A stretch of 64,000 nt of DNA from Octopus sinensis (GCF_006345805.1 NC_043009.1:11532001-11596000); one strand, 5' to 3'; positions 28,915-42,526 are shown, numbered from the stretch's first letter. Notes: generated by a model not told the origin, from the sequence alone. A program made the numbers and translations.

Positions 28915-29145
28915 GAATTATGTATGTATGTATCTGTTTTCCTCCAATCACCACTTGACTATTGGTGTTGGTGTGTTTACGTCCCCGTGACTTAGCGCTT
29001 CGGACAAAAATGCCGATAGAATAAGTACTAGGGTTTAAAAATAAGTCCTGTGGTCAATGTATTCGACTGAAATCATTCAGGGTGGTACTCCAGTATGGCT
29101 GCAGTCAAATGACTGAAACAGATAGCAGAATGAAAGTATAAAAGA
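28795..29145 (+). mobile_element. SINE family A, 5'-truncated
   Basis: Body and tail homologous to 14884-15290. Confidence 0.75.
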
Positions 29146-29151
29146 ATATAT

Positions 29152-29465
29152 ATGGCATTCCGTCGGTTACGACGACGAGTGAGGGTTAGGGTTAATGTGC
29201 AAGGGGCTGAACACTCCACAGACGCGTGTACCCTTAATGTAGGCCTCGGAGAGATTCAGCGAGAGACAGAGTGGGACAAAGCTAGCCCTTTGAAATACAG
29301 GTACAACAGAAACAGGAAGAAAGAGTGAGAGAAAGTTGTGGTGAAAGAGTACAGCAGGGTTCACCACCACCCTCTGCCGGTCTCGTGGAGCTTTAGGTGT
29401 TTTCACTCAATAAACACTCACAACGCCCGGTCTGAGAATCGAAACTGCGATCCTAAAACCGTGAG
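29152..29465 (-). mobile_element. SINE family D
   Basis: Reverse complement of 14325-14700. Confidence 0.8.
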
Positions 29466-29722
29466 ACCGCGAGTTTTCAAAAGTTTTTCATCGCTCTCGA
29501 CACAATCAAGGAGATATTGTGTAAACTGAAACCTGAGTGTCATTTTGATCAGCTGAAAGTAGTTTTGGCAGAAATTTGGCAGACACGCGTCTCATACTGT
29601 TATGTCGCACGTTCGGATGACCTCTACTCAACTGTTCTCTACTCTACTCTGCTACTCTCACCGCAACTGAACTCTGACGTCTAGACTTCTCTCTCTATGT
29701 CTACGTATTGGGCTAGCCTACT

Positions 29723-30246
29723 TCATTGTCTGGGGGCGTCCATACAACACATACACAAATCAGTGATAATGGGCTGAACTGAACCGTAACTAATCTTCAC
29801 ATCCTCTGATAACTCATAAATGGTGATTCGGCGATTTCCCTTCACAGTTGCACGCATATTTGCAATATTTTCCCCAGTTCTGCTGGTTGCTGGTCTCCCA
29901 GGTTGTTCGTCAATATCGACATTTTCTGGATAGTTTGGAAATGTCTGAACCACTTCTACACTTGTGTGCGGCTCATACACTCTTCCCCATACACTTTCTG
30001 TAACTCTGCGTAGGTCTCTGAGCAGGTATTGCCATGACAACTTCCTCTGTCATGGTCAATGCGACGATCACACGCTACACACGTTCGTTCTCAGCACAGC
30101 TGTAAACAACAGAAGGTAGCTAGAACATTAAAACATACTGCGCATGCACAAAAGAGTTTAAGGTCAAACTGTATCAAGCGGCTTTACTCTGCATGCTTTA
30201 GCTTCGTTACTAGGGCAACAGTCCGGACACCTATTGATCAGACTTC

Positions 30247-30249
<3 letters not shown>
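29723..30249 (-). mobile_element. Mariner 5' fragment (TIR-like end and HTH region)
   Basis: PGRPATSRTGENIANMRATVKGNRRITIYELSEDVKISYGSVQPII; terminus tacgaagtctgatcaata next to TA. Confidence 0.8.
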
Positions 30250-30302
<53 letters not shown>

Positions 30303-30721
30303 TACATTCTCAAATTGAAGCAGGTAATATTCGGGGTACATATGTTTCCTAGATAGCAGATCATCTGATGTAATAATTGCTCAGAGGATCTTCCAGCTAC
30401 GAAACATATGTTGTTCGAATTTTATCTGCTTCTCTCTCTCAATTTGGATTTTTATTCGCATTTATATCAATTCAAGTTGCTAAATTTTTCTCAGCTTATC
30501 GAACTTCAATATGGGAAAAACCTACAACGTCCGAGGCCAATAAATTATCAGTGTTCTTGAACGTAGCTTTTTGTACCTACCTCGGACTGTTCGAAGCTTA
30601 CTAATTTCCTACACTTAGACCCTCGGATCTTTTAGTTAAACACACACACACACAGACAAACACGCATAGACACATACACTGTCAGATATATGTGTGTGTG
30701 TCTCTATGCCTGTTTGTTTGC

Positions 30722-30756
<35 letters not shown>

Positions 30757-31032
30757 TGCAGATAGGTAAGTATATAGATGATTTCATTAAGCCAACATTG
30801 TAATATCAATTACGATATCCATTATGTCTCCTTGAAATTTATATTAAGCATATGTAATAAAAGTTCTCTTTTAAAAGCTTTGCATAATCCTTGCTCTATG
30901 TCTAATCGATCCGATTCCGAGAAAAATAGACAAGTTGTTTTGATATTTCTTACGAGATAATGCTCTGTTGGATATTGATACGAGGTTTGATAATCCGTAC
31001 TTAAGAATCTGCATCAAATACATATGTGTCTG

Positions 31033-31076
<44 letters not shown>

Positions 31077-31515
31077 GCTAAATATGCTCAATCGTACTCG
31101 TATACATACATACATATATTATACTTATATATGATAGGTATATTCATATATATAAACATTACATACACACACACGCATATGCCTATACACATATATACAT
31201 ATATATGCATGTGTATACGCATACACACATATATATATTACTGATGGGAAAATGTAATTCACACACGCATGTGCGTGTGTGAATTTCAGTTCAGCATCAG
31301 TGTGCAATAGTATCGACTTCTGCATCATCTTCTCAGAGATGTTTCCCTTATCACTGACCTTTCCAGCTGACATTTACACTAGTAATTTTATGTTTATACG
31401 TTTTATGTGTGTGTGTGTGTGTGTGTATAACTATCTGTGTACGTGTAGATGTGTATGCGTGTGCTTGCACACACGCATGTATCACATGCATACATGCATT
31501 TAATATGTATCTGTG

Positions 31516-31552
<37 letters not shown>

Positions 31553-31573
31553 GTGCGTATGCTTCTTTGTTTG

Positions 31574-31613
<40 letters not shown>

Positions 31614-31667
31614 CGTGTGTGTGCGTGTATGCGTGTGTGTGCGTGTGTGTGCGTGTGTGCGCGTGTG

Positions 31668-31713
<46 letters not shown>

Positions 31714-31920
31714 AACCATATTATTCTTGCTGAAGGTAACGACCCACTTTCACTTAGCAACAAAAATGTTTTGTTATTGTTGGTAACAACATTTGTCTTA
31801 ACTGAAACATGTTACGAAGGGTCAAATTTACATGCAATGAAACATGTAGTTTAGTAAACCTCTTTTCCTTATTATTTACTGCCCTAAAGACTAATTTTGA
31901 TTGTAATACTGTGTGTTTAT

Positions 31921-32162
31921 AAAGGCGGCGAGCTGGCAAAAACGTTAGCGCGCCGGGCGAAATACTTACCGGTATTTCGTCTTTCGTCTGCCGTTACGTT
32001 CTGAGTTCAAATTCCGCCGAGGTCGACTTTGCCTTTCATCCTTTCGGGGTCGATTAAATAAGTACCAGTTACGCACTGGGGTCCATATAATCGACTTCAT
32101 CTGTTTGTCTGTCCTTGTTTGTCCATTCTGTGTTTAGCCCCTTGTGGGCAATAAAGAAATAC
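31921..32162 (+). mobile_element. SINE family B (full length)
   Basis: aaaggcggcgagctggc...gggcaataaagaaata. Confidence 0.85.
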
Positions 32163-32324
32163 ATACTGTGTGTTTATATAATGATGAGAGTTCATAATTT
32201 TTAATAAGGATTTCATCTGCGCTGCAAGTCCACCTCGACCTCAGAATCATAGTAGCACTTTAGTCTTGAATGATTATTCAAAAAAATCTTAACACTTGTA
32301 AACCGACATATCATTATCTTTTAT

Positions 32325-32525
32325 CTTTTACTCGTTTCAGTCGTGAGATTGCGGCCTTGCTGGGGCATAGCCTTGAAGAATATTTAGTCGAATGAATCGA
32401 TGCCACTACTTCTTTCTTTTCTTTTTAAGTTTAGTACTTATTTCATCGGTGTCTTTGGCCGAACCGCTATTTATAGTGACGGAAACACACCAGCACCTGA
32501 TGTCAAGCGGTGGGACAAACACGAA
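32325..32525 (-). mobile_element. SINE family A, 3' part
   Basis: Tail homology. Confidence 0.65.
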
Positions 32526-33416
32526 CATAAAGACGCGTGCGCGCGCACACACACACGCACACACACACACACACAAACACACACACATACATACATACCT
32601 GCATAGAGTCTGAAGACTGACACAATTAAAAAGATAATAGAAAAGGTTATTGATTTCAGGAAAAGAACTCTCATTAATACACAAGTAAAGACGAAGACTG
32701 CAGCCGATGGATCGCAGGATCAGCTACTAAAATGTACAGAAGAAATGTCCACATCAAATAATGACGTTTAATATTATTTGTCTGCCACCATCTTTTTTTT
32801 TGTGGGGGGGGACTTGATACTCGCAATAAATTCAGTTTACAGGAATATTACCAGCATAATGATCGCAGGGTGAGAGTACCAAGTCAAATTAGAATTCGGT
32901 CCCCTGTCAACTGCACCATAAAGTTATCACTAAATATGTTTCTTTAATCTCTATGTTGACTGAGTAAAAATATGCAAAAAAAAAATACTCTTCTGAAAGC
33001 AGGAAAATATAGAAAGAGGTGTTGTATAGACAAATTATTTTTGACAGTTTTTCTCGAAATTTTTCTTTTTTTTTTTTTTTTGCATTTTTTCTTAAATCTC
33101 AATTTAATTCAATTTATTGCGGAATGAAAAACTGTCACAGAAGTATGTCATGAAAAGTTTTAAAACGGAGTAAATCACCTTCGTTTCAGCGTACTGGATT
33201 ACAAAAAAATTTCAGATTAAATTGCGGAGATTTCTTTCCAGTATTACACCAGAAATTGCGTATACACCGCCACACACATACACATATAATATATATATAT
33301 GCATGCATTTGTGTATTTGTGTGTCTACTACGTAGTATATTGCGTCTTTACATATATATATATATAAGTATATTATATATAATATATATATATATATATA
33401 CACACACATTATATTC

Positions 33417-33475
<59 letters not shown>

Positions 33476-34152
33476 TATATATATATCCATACACTTATAT
33501 ATCATATATATGCATATATATATATATGCCTATTTATACATAGTTGCATATAATATTACATCCATTTCCATATATATGAATATATATATATACTTTTATA
33601 AATATAGATACCTATTTACAGACATCCATATGTGTGTGTGTGTGAGTGTGGTGTGTGTGTGTGTGTGTGTAAGTGTGTGCGTGTACGCACTCATAAACGT
33701 AACGAGCGTATTTTACGCTATGTGGTACATATAATTGTGGGATTATTCAAGGAATTTACTGTAAAAAAAAACCCCAGCGATTATTTCATTGTTATTTTAT
33801 TCTTTCTTTCTTCAATTCCAGACATCGTTTATCCCTTTCCATATCTCTTACTTCCTTTACTGTTAGAAATGTGTTCTCTGTATTTCAGGAATCGAATTTG
33901 CTCTGAAGATGTAATCGCTTTCACCTTTCATGGCAATGTCTCATTTAGTCCAAGATTTCAGAATACATTTCGATCTGATTATTTTTTCATTACTGGTTGT
34001 CTTTCATTTTGTTTTTATTTTTTGTATTCTCAGTATATTTTTTCATATATATACACGTATACACTCACATACACGCACATGTATATACTTATACACTCGC
34101 GCGCGCATACGTCTCTTTACGCGCCCAATCAGGCACGCCCAGATATAATGCA

Positions 34153-34572
34153 TATTTCTTTATTGCCCACAAGGGGTTAAACATAGAAGGAACAAACAAG
34201 GACAGACATAGGGATTAAGTCGATTACATCGACCCCAGTGCGTAACTGGTACTTGATTTATCGACCCCGAAAGGATGAAAGGTAAAGTCGACCTCGGCGG
34301 AATTTGAACTCAGAACGTAGCGGCAGACGAAATACCTATTTCTTTTCTACCCACAAGGAGCTAAACACAGAGGGAACAAACAAGGACAGACAAACGGATT
34401 AAGTCCACTACATCGACCCCAGTGCGTAACTGGTACTTAATTTATCGACCCCGAAAGGATGAAACGTAAAGTCGGCCTCGGCGGAATTTGAACACAGAAC
34501 CGTAGCGGCAAACGAAATACCGCTAAGCATTTTCGCCCGGCGTGCTAACGATTCTGCCAACTCGTCGCCTTA
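34153..34572 (-). mobile_element. Tandem dimer of SINE family B
   Basis: Two consecutive copies joined at ~34340. Confidence 0.8.
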
Positions 34573-34711
34573 CGCCAAGATATAATTCATATTAAGATGG
34601 TCTTGCATTGTGTGTGTTATTTAATTCAAACCTATGTAAAATTATGGCTTTCTTACATTCTCCCAAAGCAAAACTAGGCTTAAAAGTTTCTCTTCGCAAT
34701 TACCTGGCTTC

Positions 34712-34930
34712 GTAAGGCGGCGAGCTGGCCGAATCGTTAGCACGCCTGGCAAAATGCTAAGGGACATTTCGCTCTCTTAACGTTCTGAGTTCAAATTACA
34801 TCGAGGTCGACTTTCTTTCATCCTTCGGCGTCGGTAAAATGAGGACCAGTAGAGACCTGGGGTTGATGCACTCGACTTCCCCCACTCCGCCTAAATTGCT
34901 GGCCTTGCGCCAAAATTTGAAACCAATTAC
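34712..34930 (+). mobile_element. SINE family B variant with an alternative tail
   Basis: Family B head and Meta-like domain, then ctaaattgctggccttgcgccaaaatttgaaacc. The same tail is seen near 52400, 43590 and 53480. Confidence 0.7.
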
Positions 34931-35649
34931 CTTATTTCCTGTTCAGTCGCACTGTAAGGTTCTTTGAAATTAGTCTTCTACAATAGAGCTAACCTGGGAA
35001 AAACCTTGTGAGTCACATTTGATCGACGGATTTTGTGAGCAAACAGACGGAATAAAACGCTGCTGTTCTTGGTTTGAAAACATCATTTCGCCCAGTTTAT
35101 TACTGCTATCAACTCCTTGTCTACTTTCGTGGAGTCTACTTTGATGAAACTATTCTGCATAGTTTCCGGGTTGAAAATAACTTCCACCTTCCCTCATATC
35201 AATCCCAGTGGCTCTAAAAGAATCACGAGCACTACATTTTCTCTTCTAAATCATGCAAAAAGAAAATGAAATTACTTCAGTGAAATTTGAAACCATATTG
35301 CACCGTTAGCTTGCGTGCTTACCTATATACGTAGTTTGATACGAGATAATTAGACAGCAATTAATTTGTTTGCTTATGAATGAATGCATCGATGAAGAAT
35401 ACAAGCAAAATGATTTTTGTTAATGAAATATATACACTTTAAACAGCAAAACAGTAAAAAAGTCAATTTAAAAAACACATTAGTTTATTAAAGCCAAGTT
35501 ATTTTTCACTTACATTGGTTGTAAAAGGGAGATAACCATTGAACAATGATGTTACAAATAATAATAATGATACATTATATAAACACAAGTTCACAAAAGT
35601 GAGGAGAGGGAAAACAATCAGTCGAATCAAGTATAGGCAATAATAATAA

Positions 35650-35885
35650 TAATAATAATGCACAAGAATGGGACTCAAAGAATGACAAATTTTCATATTG
35701 TGGGATACGCCGAATCATAGAGATAGGCAAATCGACCAGACACTGGTATTAAGGACGAAAGAAGATTGTATGTCATAATCGATGTAGCAATCCAAAAAAT
35801 GATGATGTATTTCTAAAGAAAATATGGAAAAATTATCCAAATATATAAAACTGCAAATAGAAGCGGCTAGAATATGAAGGATCGA
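35650..35885 (+). mobile_element. Heavily decayed RLE-type LINE 3' fragment
   Basis: Residual ILWD...IDVAI...EKLSKY-like peptides across frameshifts, next to (TAA)n. Confidence 0.45.
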
Positions 35886-36318
35886 AAACAAAATAAACCT
35901 TTGTTAACGAACAAACGAATGTTGTAATTTTTTGAAAATTTCACGAAATTATACACAACATATGGAAAAAAAAGCGACAATGTTTGTATACATATTACGT
36001 ATAGCAGCCTGGAGAAAAAAGACAAAAGAAGATAGACAGTCTATGTACCCATATAGAACAAGCTCTCGGTTGTGCAGAGAAAGATACGACAAAAATAAAC
36101 CTCTCAAATAAGAGTTAGAAGTGTCTCTGCAAAATAATAAAATTAGATGGCATACGCGGGTATATTAGGGTGAGGGTCTTGAATGCTAAATGGACAATTT
36201 ATAATGCTTCTTATATTTTCAATTTTATTTACTTCTAAACAATTACTCTTTCACTTCCCCCTCTTCAAATTTACTCCTCCACTCACTCTCTTTCACTCTC
36301 ACACCCTCTCTCTCCCTT

Positions 36319-36371
<53 letters not shown>

Positions 36372-36689
36372 TACACACAAACACTTACACGCTCACAATT
36401 ATAAATTTCAATCATTATCTCCTTTTACATTTTCTTTCAAATATTTCCTTATGGCTCATAATAATTGGGTGTCTTCCCTCTCGTTATCTCCTGGTATTAT
36501 TGGTACCTTGTGAGAAATTTGTTACAATTCCTTCTGACAACGCTTTGTTATTCTTACAAAACTACCTTGAGACAGACAACTTACCATTCAAAATAAAAAC
36601 AATTCCGTTGGTCGACATCTAAACTGCGCAATGAACGATAAAGTGTTTCCATTTTTAGATGCGAGATATTTTCCCTTTCGGAAAGGATA

Positions 36690-36766
36690 TACATAGATAC
36701 ATATATACATATATACACCTATACATATATATGTATATATGTGTGTGTATATATATATTATATATA

Positions 36767-36849
<83 letters not shown>

Positions 36850-36864
36850 TATATATAATATATA

Positions 36865-36896
<32 letters not shown>

Positions 36897-36935
36897 CAAT
36901 ATATACATATATTTATATAAATATATATATATTTT

Positions 36936-36968
<33 letters not shown>

Positions 36969-37101
36969 TTGGTGTATATATATTATATATATGTGTGTGT
37001 TATATGTATGTGTATATATATATGTATATATATGTGTGTGCGTGTATTTGTGTGTGTGGTATGTGTGTGTATGTGCGTATATATTTGCTTGTATATATGT
37101 A

Positions 37102-37155
<54 letters not shown>

Positions 37156-37233
37156 TATGTGTGTATATATGTGTATATATATATTATATAATATATATAT
37201 TTATATATATATAACATATATATATATTATATT

Positions 37234-37264
<31 letters not shown>

Positions 37265-37268
37265 TTTA

Positions 37269-37299
<31 letters not shown>

Positions 37300-37316
37300 A
37301 TATATATATAATATAT

Positions 37317-37370
<54 letters not shown>
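36690..37370. repeat. Long interrupted (TA)n/(TG)n tract
   Basis: Direct reading. Similar tracts at 13440-13600, 37950-38260, 38650-39115, 47225-47628 and 57537-57815. Confidence 0.95.
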
Positions 37371-37373
<3 letters not shown>

Positions 37374-37974
37374 TTCGTATGTGTGCGTGTTTGTGAAAAA
37401 TCCAACGTATCCTAAAATAGTAACTTTCGATGTGTTCTATGATCCACCGGACTCTAAGTAAAAAGATGTACGTCAATGCTTAATGAATCATCAAAAACAA
37501 TAAAAAAATAAGAAAAAAAATAAGGACAGTATGGGATCACAATCAAAACTATTGGATTGGTGATCAGAAAGGCGGAAATGGCATTTAAGACATTTTGACG
37601 TTCTTGTCATGCGTAATATATCATTAACGTGACAAGACAAGAAAGCAAGGCAACGAATACGAAAAAAAAAAGTTTAAGAGGAAATGTTCAAGTGAAAAGG
37701 CCTTTGTATTTTACCAAGCTTAGCAATTTGCAACTTAACCAATGAACCTGAGGAATTTAACCTAAAATATTCCGCTTAAAGTTTTCATTCTCTTTTCCAA
37801 TTTGGGTCTATATTCTGAAGAAGACAATGTCCGAAACATAATTGATTCACTCCATAATTTGGGTGTTTGATTGAAAACCTACCTTGTCTTGCGGTTGCTA
37901 CATTTTTTCTTTCTTTCTAAATCTGTAAAAAATATGTATACATGTTAAATATATATATGTGCGTGTGTGTATTC

Positions 37975-38006
<32 letters not shown>

Positions 38007-38125
38007 TATATATATTATATGTATATATATATATATTTATATATACATATATATATATATGTATATTATATTATTGATATATATACATATATATATATAT
38101 GTATATATATATATATTGATATATA

Positions 38126-38182
<57 letters not shown>

Positions 38183-38749
38183 TTTATGTATATATATATA
38201 TATTGATATATATATATATATATATATATAGTGTGTGTGTGTGTATGTATTTATGTGTTTCTTTTTATGTATGGGTATGAATATTTATATGTTTGTGTGA
38301 GTAATAGATATACACACACATACACACACACACATACACATAGACACACTCGTACAAATGTATACATACATTTGCATACGTATGTGCACATGTATGTGTT
38401 TGCATATTTGGCGTTCCATCATGAATGTGGATGCCTGCAGTTCATGTCTGAAATATATAAATGAATGCTCATAACAAATCCTATTTTAATAAAATTCGTA
38501 TGTTTTGTATGAAAGATTTATATTAAATAGTTTATATATGTAATATACTATCCTATCTTTTGTATTACTTTGATTTTTCAAACCGCATGGCGTCTCTTAA
38601 ATGCTAGAAGTCGCCTTTGGTACACACATATACATGTCTGCCTTTCAATTATATATATATATATATATTATATAGATATATATATATAGGTATGCATGTG
38701 TATATTTCTATATAGATAAATAATATATATTATATATAAACATAATATA

Positions 38750-38787
<38 letters not shown>

Positions 38788-39137
38788 TACATATATATAT
38801 ATGTGTGTGCGTGTGTATATATATCATATATATAATTATAATATATATATATATAGATATATATATATATATATATATATGTTATATAAGTAATATATAC
38901 ATATAGATATATGTATATATATAATGTATATAAGTATATGTATACATATAGATATATGTATATATATATACGTATAGATATATGTATATATACATAAAGA
39001 TATATGTATATATACATATAGATATATGTATATATATGTATGTGTATATGTATATATATATATAATATATATATACAGTTGCATACGTATATACATATAT
39101 ATGTGTGTTTGTGTGTGTGTACAGGTTTAGCACATCT

Positions 39138-39243
39138 CTAGTTCTTTGAATATTGACATTCCATGTCACGTATCTCCGCTCTTTCTCCTTCAGGTGCAAG
39201 CATTTTCTCTGCTTGTTTCTCTTCTTCTTTGCTGACTGATATT
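39138..39243 (-). CDS. SUSD2/Mesh-like protein, terminal coding exon E (cytoplasmic tail): (P)[34 protein letters not shown]
   Basis: Strong acceptor ttctgttctgtatttacag. Phase 2 matches exon D and the frame stays open to TAG at 39140-39138. Confidence 0.75.
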
Positions 39244-40095
39244 CTGTAAATACAGAACAGAAAAATAATCAAGAATTCAATAAGTATTTAAGAAATCATA
39301 AATCAACAGATATGACACTAGAATCTCATATTATCCATGTAAGAGAGAACAGGGCCACATTTGCATACACATACCTATACACACGTGCAAATACTAATAT
39401 CGCTCTCCCTCTCTCTCTCTGTCCTCTTTGTTTTTCTCCCTCTCTCTCTTTCTCTGTCACTATATATATATATAATATGCATATATATGTATGTATATGA
39501 ATGTATGTATATATATATATATATTATATATATATATATATATATATTACATACATATGATATTAATCAAATTAATTTGCAGTATTTCACCATTATTATT
39601 TAAATGTATATATATATATATATATGAGTTACAAATATTTTTTATCTGTGGAGTCATATCTGTAGTAAAAAGGAATGAGCTGTCTTTGGCTGCTATTTCT
39701 AATTTTCGGTATGTGGTGAAGCCACTTTTTGTTTAACCATTATTATATATATATATATATGTGAAGTAAGAATTATACCTCGTTCAGAGATTTATTATTG
39801 ATATATATATATAATATATAATATATATATATATATATTATTATATATGTATATAAAATAAAAGAAGGAAAATGCACAAAGTTTACGTAGTCTTAATATA
39901 TTTTACAAGTGAAAGAGGTTTGTATCTGTCAATTTGTGTGACAAGGGACTACTTTTACGTGCCACAAGCCGAGTACCTAACAAATTACACCGTACTGTTT
40001 TCAAAAGGGAGGAATCAATACTCGATGGAGTGGCAAGGGCTAGAATAATTTCTCCATATACCAGGGGTCTGCTAATTCTAACAATAGCATCAATA

Positions 40096-40135
<40 letters not shown>

Positions 40136-40136
40136 C

Positions 40137-40217
<81 letters not shown>

Positions 40218-40433
40218 TCAATTTAGGGTAGCAAAAAATTCAGTAAAAATTTATCGCTACCAGCGGCCTAGTGGAAAAGAGAAAATAGTCAAAGACTAAA
40301 TATATATAAATATAACAATTTAGGAATGGCCTAAACAGGCCATTCGTCCACCAGAAAGAGCAGCCAGAACTCAAACCGCCAGTAGTGCAATTCGGAAATA
40401 AGGTGAAAATTTAAAAACGTTTACCCTAATTCA

Positions 40434-40532
40434 TCTTTTATACGATGCATCGTTCGGTGTTTTTAATGATAGACCAGCTTAATTAAATTAATTAAGCTAG
40501 TCTACCATAGGTCACACTTCATCAGTAAAAGA
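40434..40532 (-). ncRNA. Type I hammerhead ribozyme copy 1 (GAAAC reads GAAC in this sequence)
   Basis: Reverse complement of the fold described for 41369-41468, with a one-base deletion in GAAA (mutation or assembly indel). Confidence 0.6.
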
Positions 40533-40903
40533 AACCTGGGAGAGACGAATATACAACGAGGCGACTGTATCAATGCCTCGGGAATATCTGTCTTAAAATT
40601 TTCAAGCCAACGCATTCGCGCCAAACTTATCGGCAGCAAATATAAACTGCCGATTCAATCTCAGAATTAGTCAGAAAATTATCAATTAATCAATTTAGGT
40701 TAGCAAAAAATTCAGTAAAAATTTATCGCTACCAGCGGCCTAGTGGAAAAGAGAAAATAGTCAAAGACTAAATATATATAAATATAACATTTAGGAATGG
40801 CCTAACAGGCCATTCGTCCACCAAAAGAGCAGCCAGAACTCAAACCGCCAAGTAGTGCAATTCGGAAATAAGGTGAAAATTTAAAAACGTTTACCCTAAT
40901 TCA

Positions 40904-41004
40904 TCTTTTATACGATGCATCGTTTCGGTGTTTTTAATGATAGACCAGCTTAATTAAATTAAATTAAGCTAGTCTACCATAGGTCACACTTCATCAGTAA
41001 AAGA
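40904..41004 (-). ncRNA. Type I hammerhead ribozyme copy 2 (core intact, host-gene sense strand)
   Basis: Minus strand reads TCTTTTA CTGATGA A GTGT...ACAC C GAAAC GATGCATC GTA TAAAAGA. Predicted cut between 40911 and 40910. Confidence 0.75.
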
Positions 41005-41368
41005 AACCTGGGAGAGACGAATATACACGAGGCGACTGTATCAATGCCTCGGGAATATCTGTCTTAAAATTTTCAAGACCAACGCATTCGCGCCAAACTT
41101 ATCGGCAGCAAATATAACTGCCGATTCAATCTCAGAATTAGTCGGAAATTACAATTAATCAATTTAGGGTAGCAAAAAATTCAGTAAAAATTTTTTTGCT
41201 ACCCTAAATTGATAATTGATAATTTTCCGACTAATTCTGAGATTGAATCGGCAGTTTATATTTGCTGCCGATAAGTTTGGCGCGAATGCGTTGGTCTTGA
41301 AAATTTTAAGACAGATATTCCCGAGGCATTGATACAGTCGCCTCGTGTATATTCGTCTCTCCCAGGTT

Positions 41369-41468
41369 TCTTTTACTGATGAAGTGTGACCTATGGTAGA
41401 CTAGCTTAATTTAATTTAATTAAGCTGGTCTATCATTAAAACACCGAAACGATGCATCGTATAAAAGA
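41369..41468 (+). ncRNA. Type I hammerhead ribozyme copy 3 (core intact)
   Basis: Stem I TCTTTTA/TAAAAGA (7 bp); core CTGATGA at 41376-41382; stem II GTGT/ACAC extended by ATG/CAT and a 16-bp hairpin; GAAAC at 41446-41450; palindromic stem III ACGATGCATCGT; GTA triplet, predicted cut after 41461. Confidence 0.8.
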
Positions 41469-41839
41469 TGAATTAGGGTAAACGTTTTTAAATTTTCACC
41501 TTATTTCGAATTGCACTACTTGGCGGTTTGAGTTCTGGCTGCTCTTTCTGGTGGACGAATGGCCTGTTTAGGCCATTCCTAAATTGTTATATTTATATAT
41601 ATTAGTCTTTGACTATTTTCTCTTTTCCACTAGGCCGCTGGTAGCGATAAATTTTTACTGAATTTTTGCTACCCTAAATTGATTAATTGATAATTTTCTG
41701 ACTAATTCTGAGATTGAATCGGCAGTTTATATTTGCTGCCGATAAGTTTGGCGCGAATGCGTTGGTCTTGAAAATTTTAAGACAGATATTCCCGAGGCAT
41801 TGATACAGTCGCCTCGTGTATATTCGTCTCTCCCAGGTT

Positions 41840-41935
41840 TCTTTTCTATGAAGTGTGACCTATGGTAGACTAGCTTAATTTAATTTAATTAGCTGGTCTA
41901 TCATTAAAAACCCGAACGATGCATCGTATAAAAGA
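41840..41935 (+). ncRNA. Type I hammerhead copy 4 (core damaged: ctatga and gaac)
   Basis: Same fold as copy 3 with several single-base deletions. Confidence 0.45.
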
Positions 41936-42308
41936 TGAATTAGGGTAAACGTTTTTAAATTTTCACCTTATTTCCGAATTGCACTACTTGGCGGTTTGAG
42001 TTCTGGCTGCTCTTTCTGGTGGACGAATGGCCTGTTTAGGCCATTCCTAAATTGTTATATTTATATATATTTAGTCTTTGACTATTTTCTCTTTTCCACT
42101 AGGCCGCTGGTAGCGATAAATTTTTACTGAATTTTTTGCTACCCTAAATTGATTAATTGATAATTTTCTGACTAATTCTGAGATTGAATCGGCAGTTTAT
42201 ATTTGCTGCCGATAAGTTTGGCGCGAATGCGTTGGTCTTGAAAATTTTAAGACAGATATCCCGAGGCATTGATACAGTCGCCTCGTGTATATTCGTCTCT
42301 CCCAGGTT

Positions 42309-42407
42309 TCTTTTACTGATGAAGTGTGACCTATGGTAGAATAGCTTAATTTAATTTAATTAAGCTGTCTATCATTAAAACACCGAAACGATGCATCGTA
42401 TAAAAGA
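42309..42407 (+). ncRNA. Type I hammerhead ribozyme copy 5 (core intact)
   Basis: CTGATGA at 42316-42322, GAAAC at 42385-42389, GTA ending 42400, stem I TCTTTTA/TAAAAGA. Confidence 0.75.
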
Positions 42408-42526
42408 TGAATTAGGGTAAACGTTTTTAAATTTTCACCTTATTTCCGAATTGCACTACTTGGCGGTTTGAGTTCTGCTGCTCTTTCTGGTGGACGAATG
42501 GCCTGTTTAGGCCATTCCTAAATTGT

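Noticed and set aside
36807-39199. Long YI/VC/HT-rich ORFs here and throughout the window
   Set aside because: They are translations of (TA)n, (TG)n, (CA)n, (GATA)n and (TACA)n microsatellites. The only real coding part in this span is exon E, in another frame.
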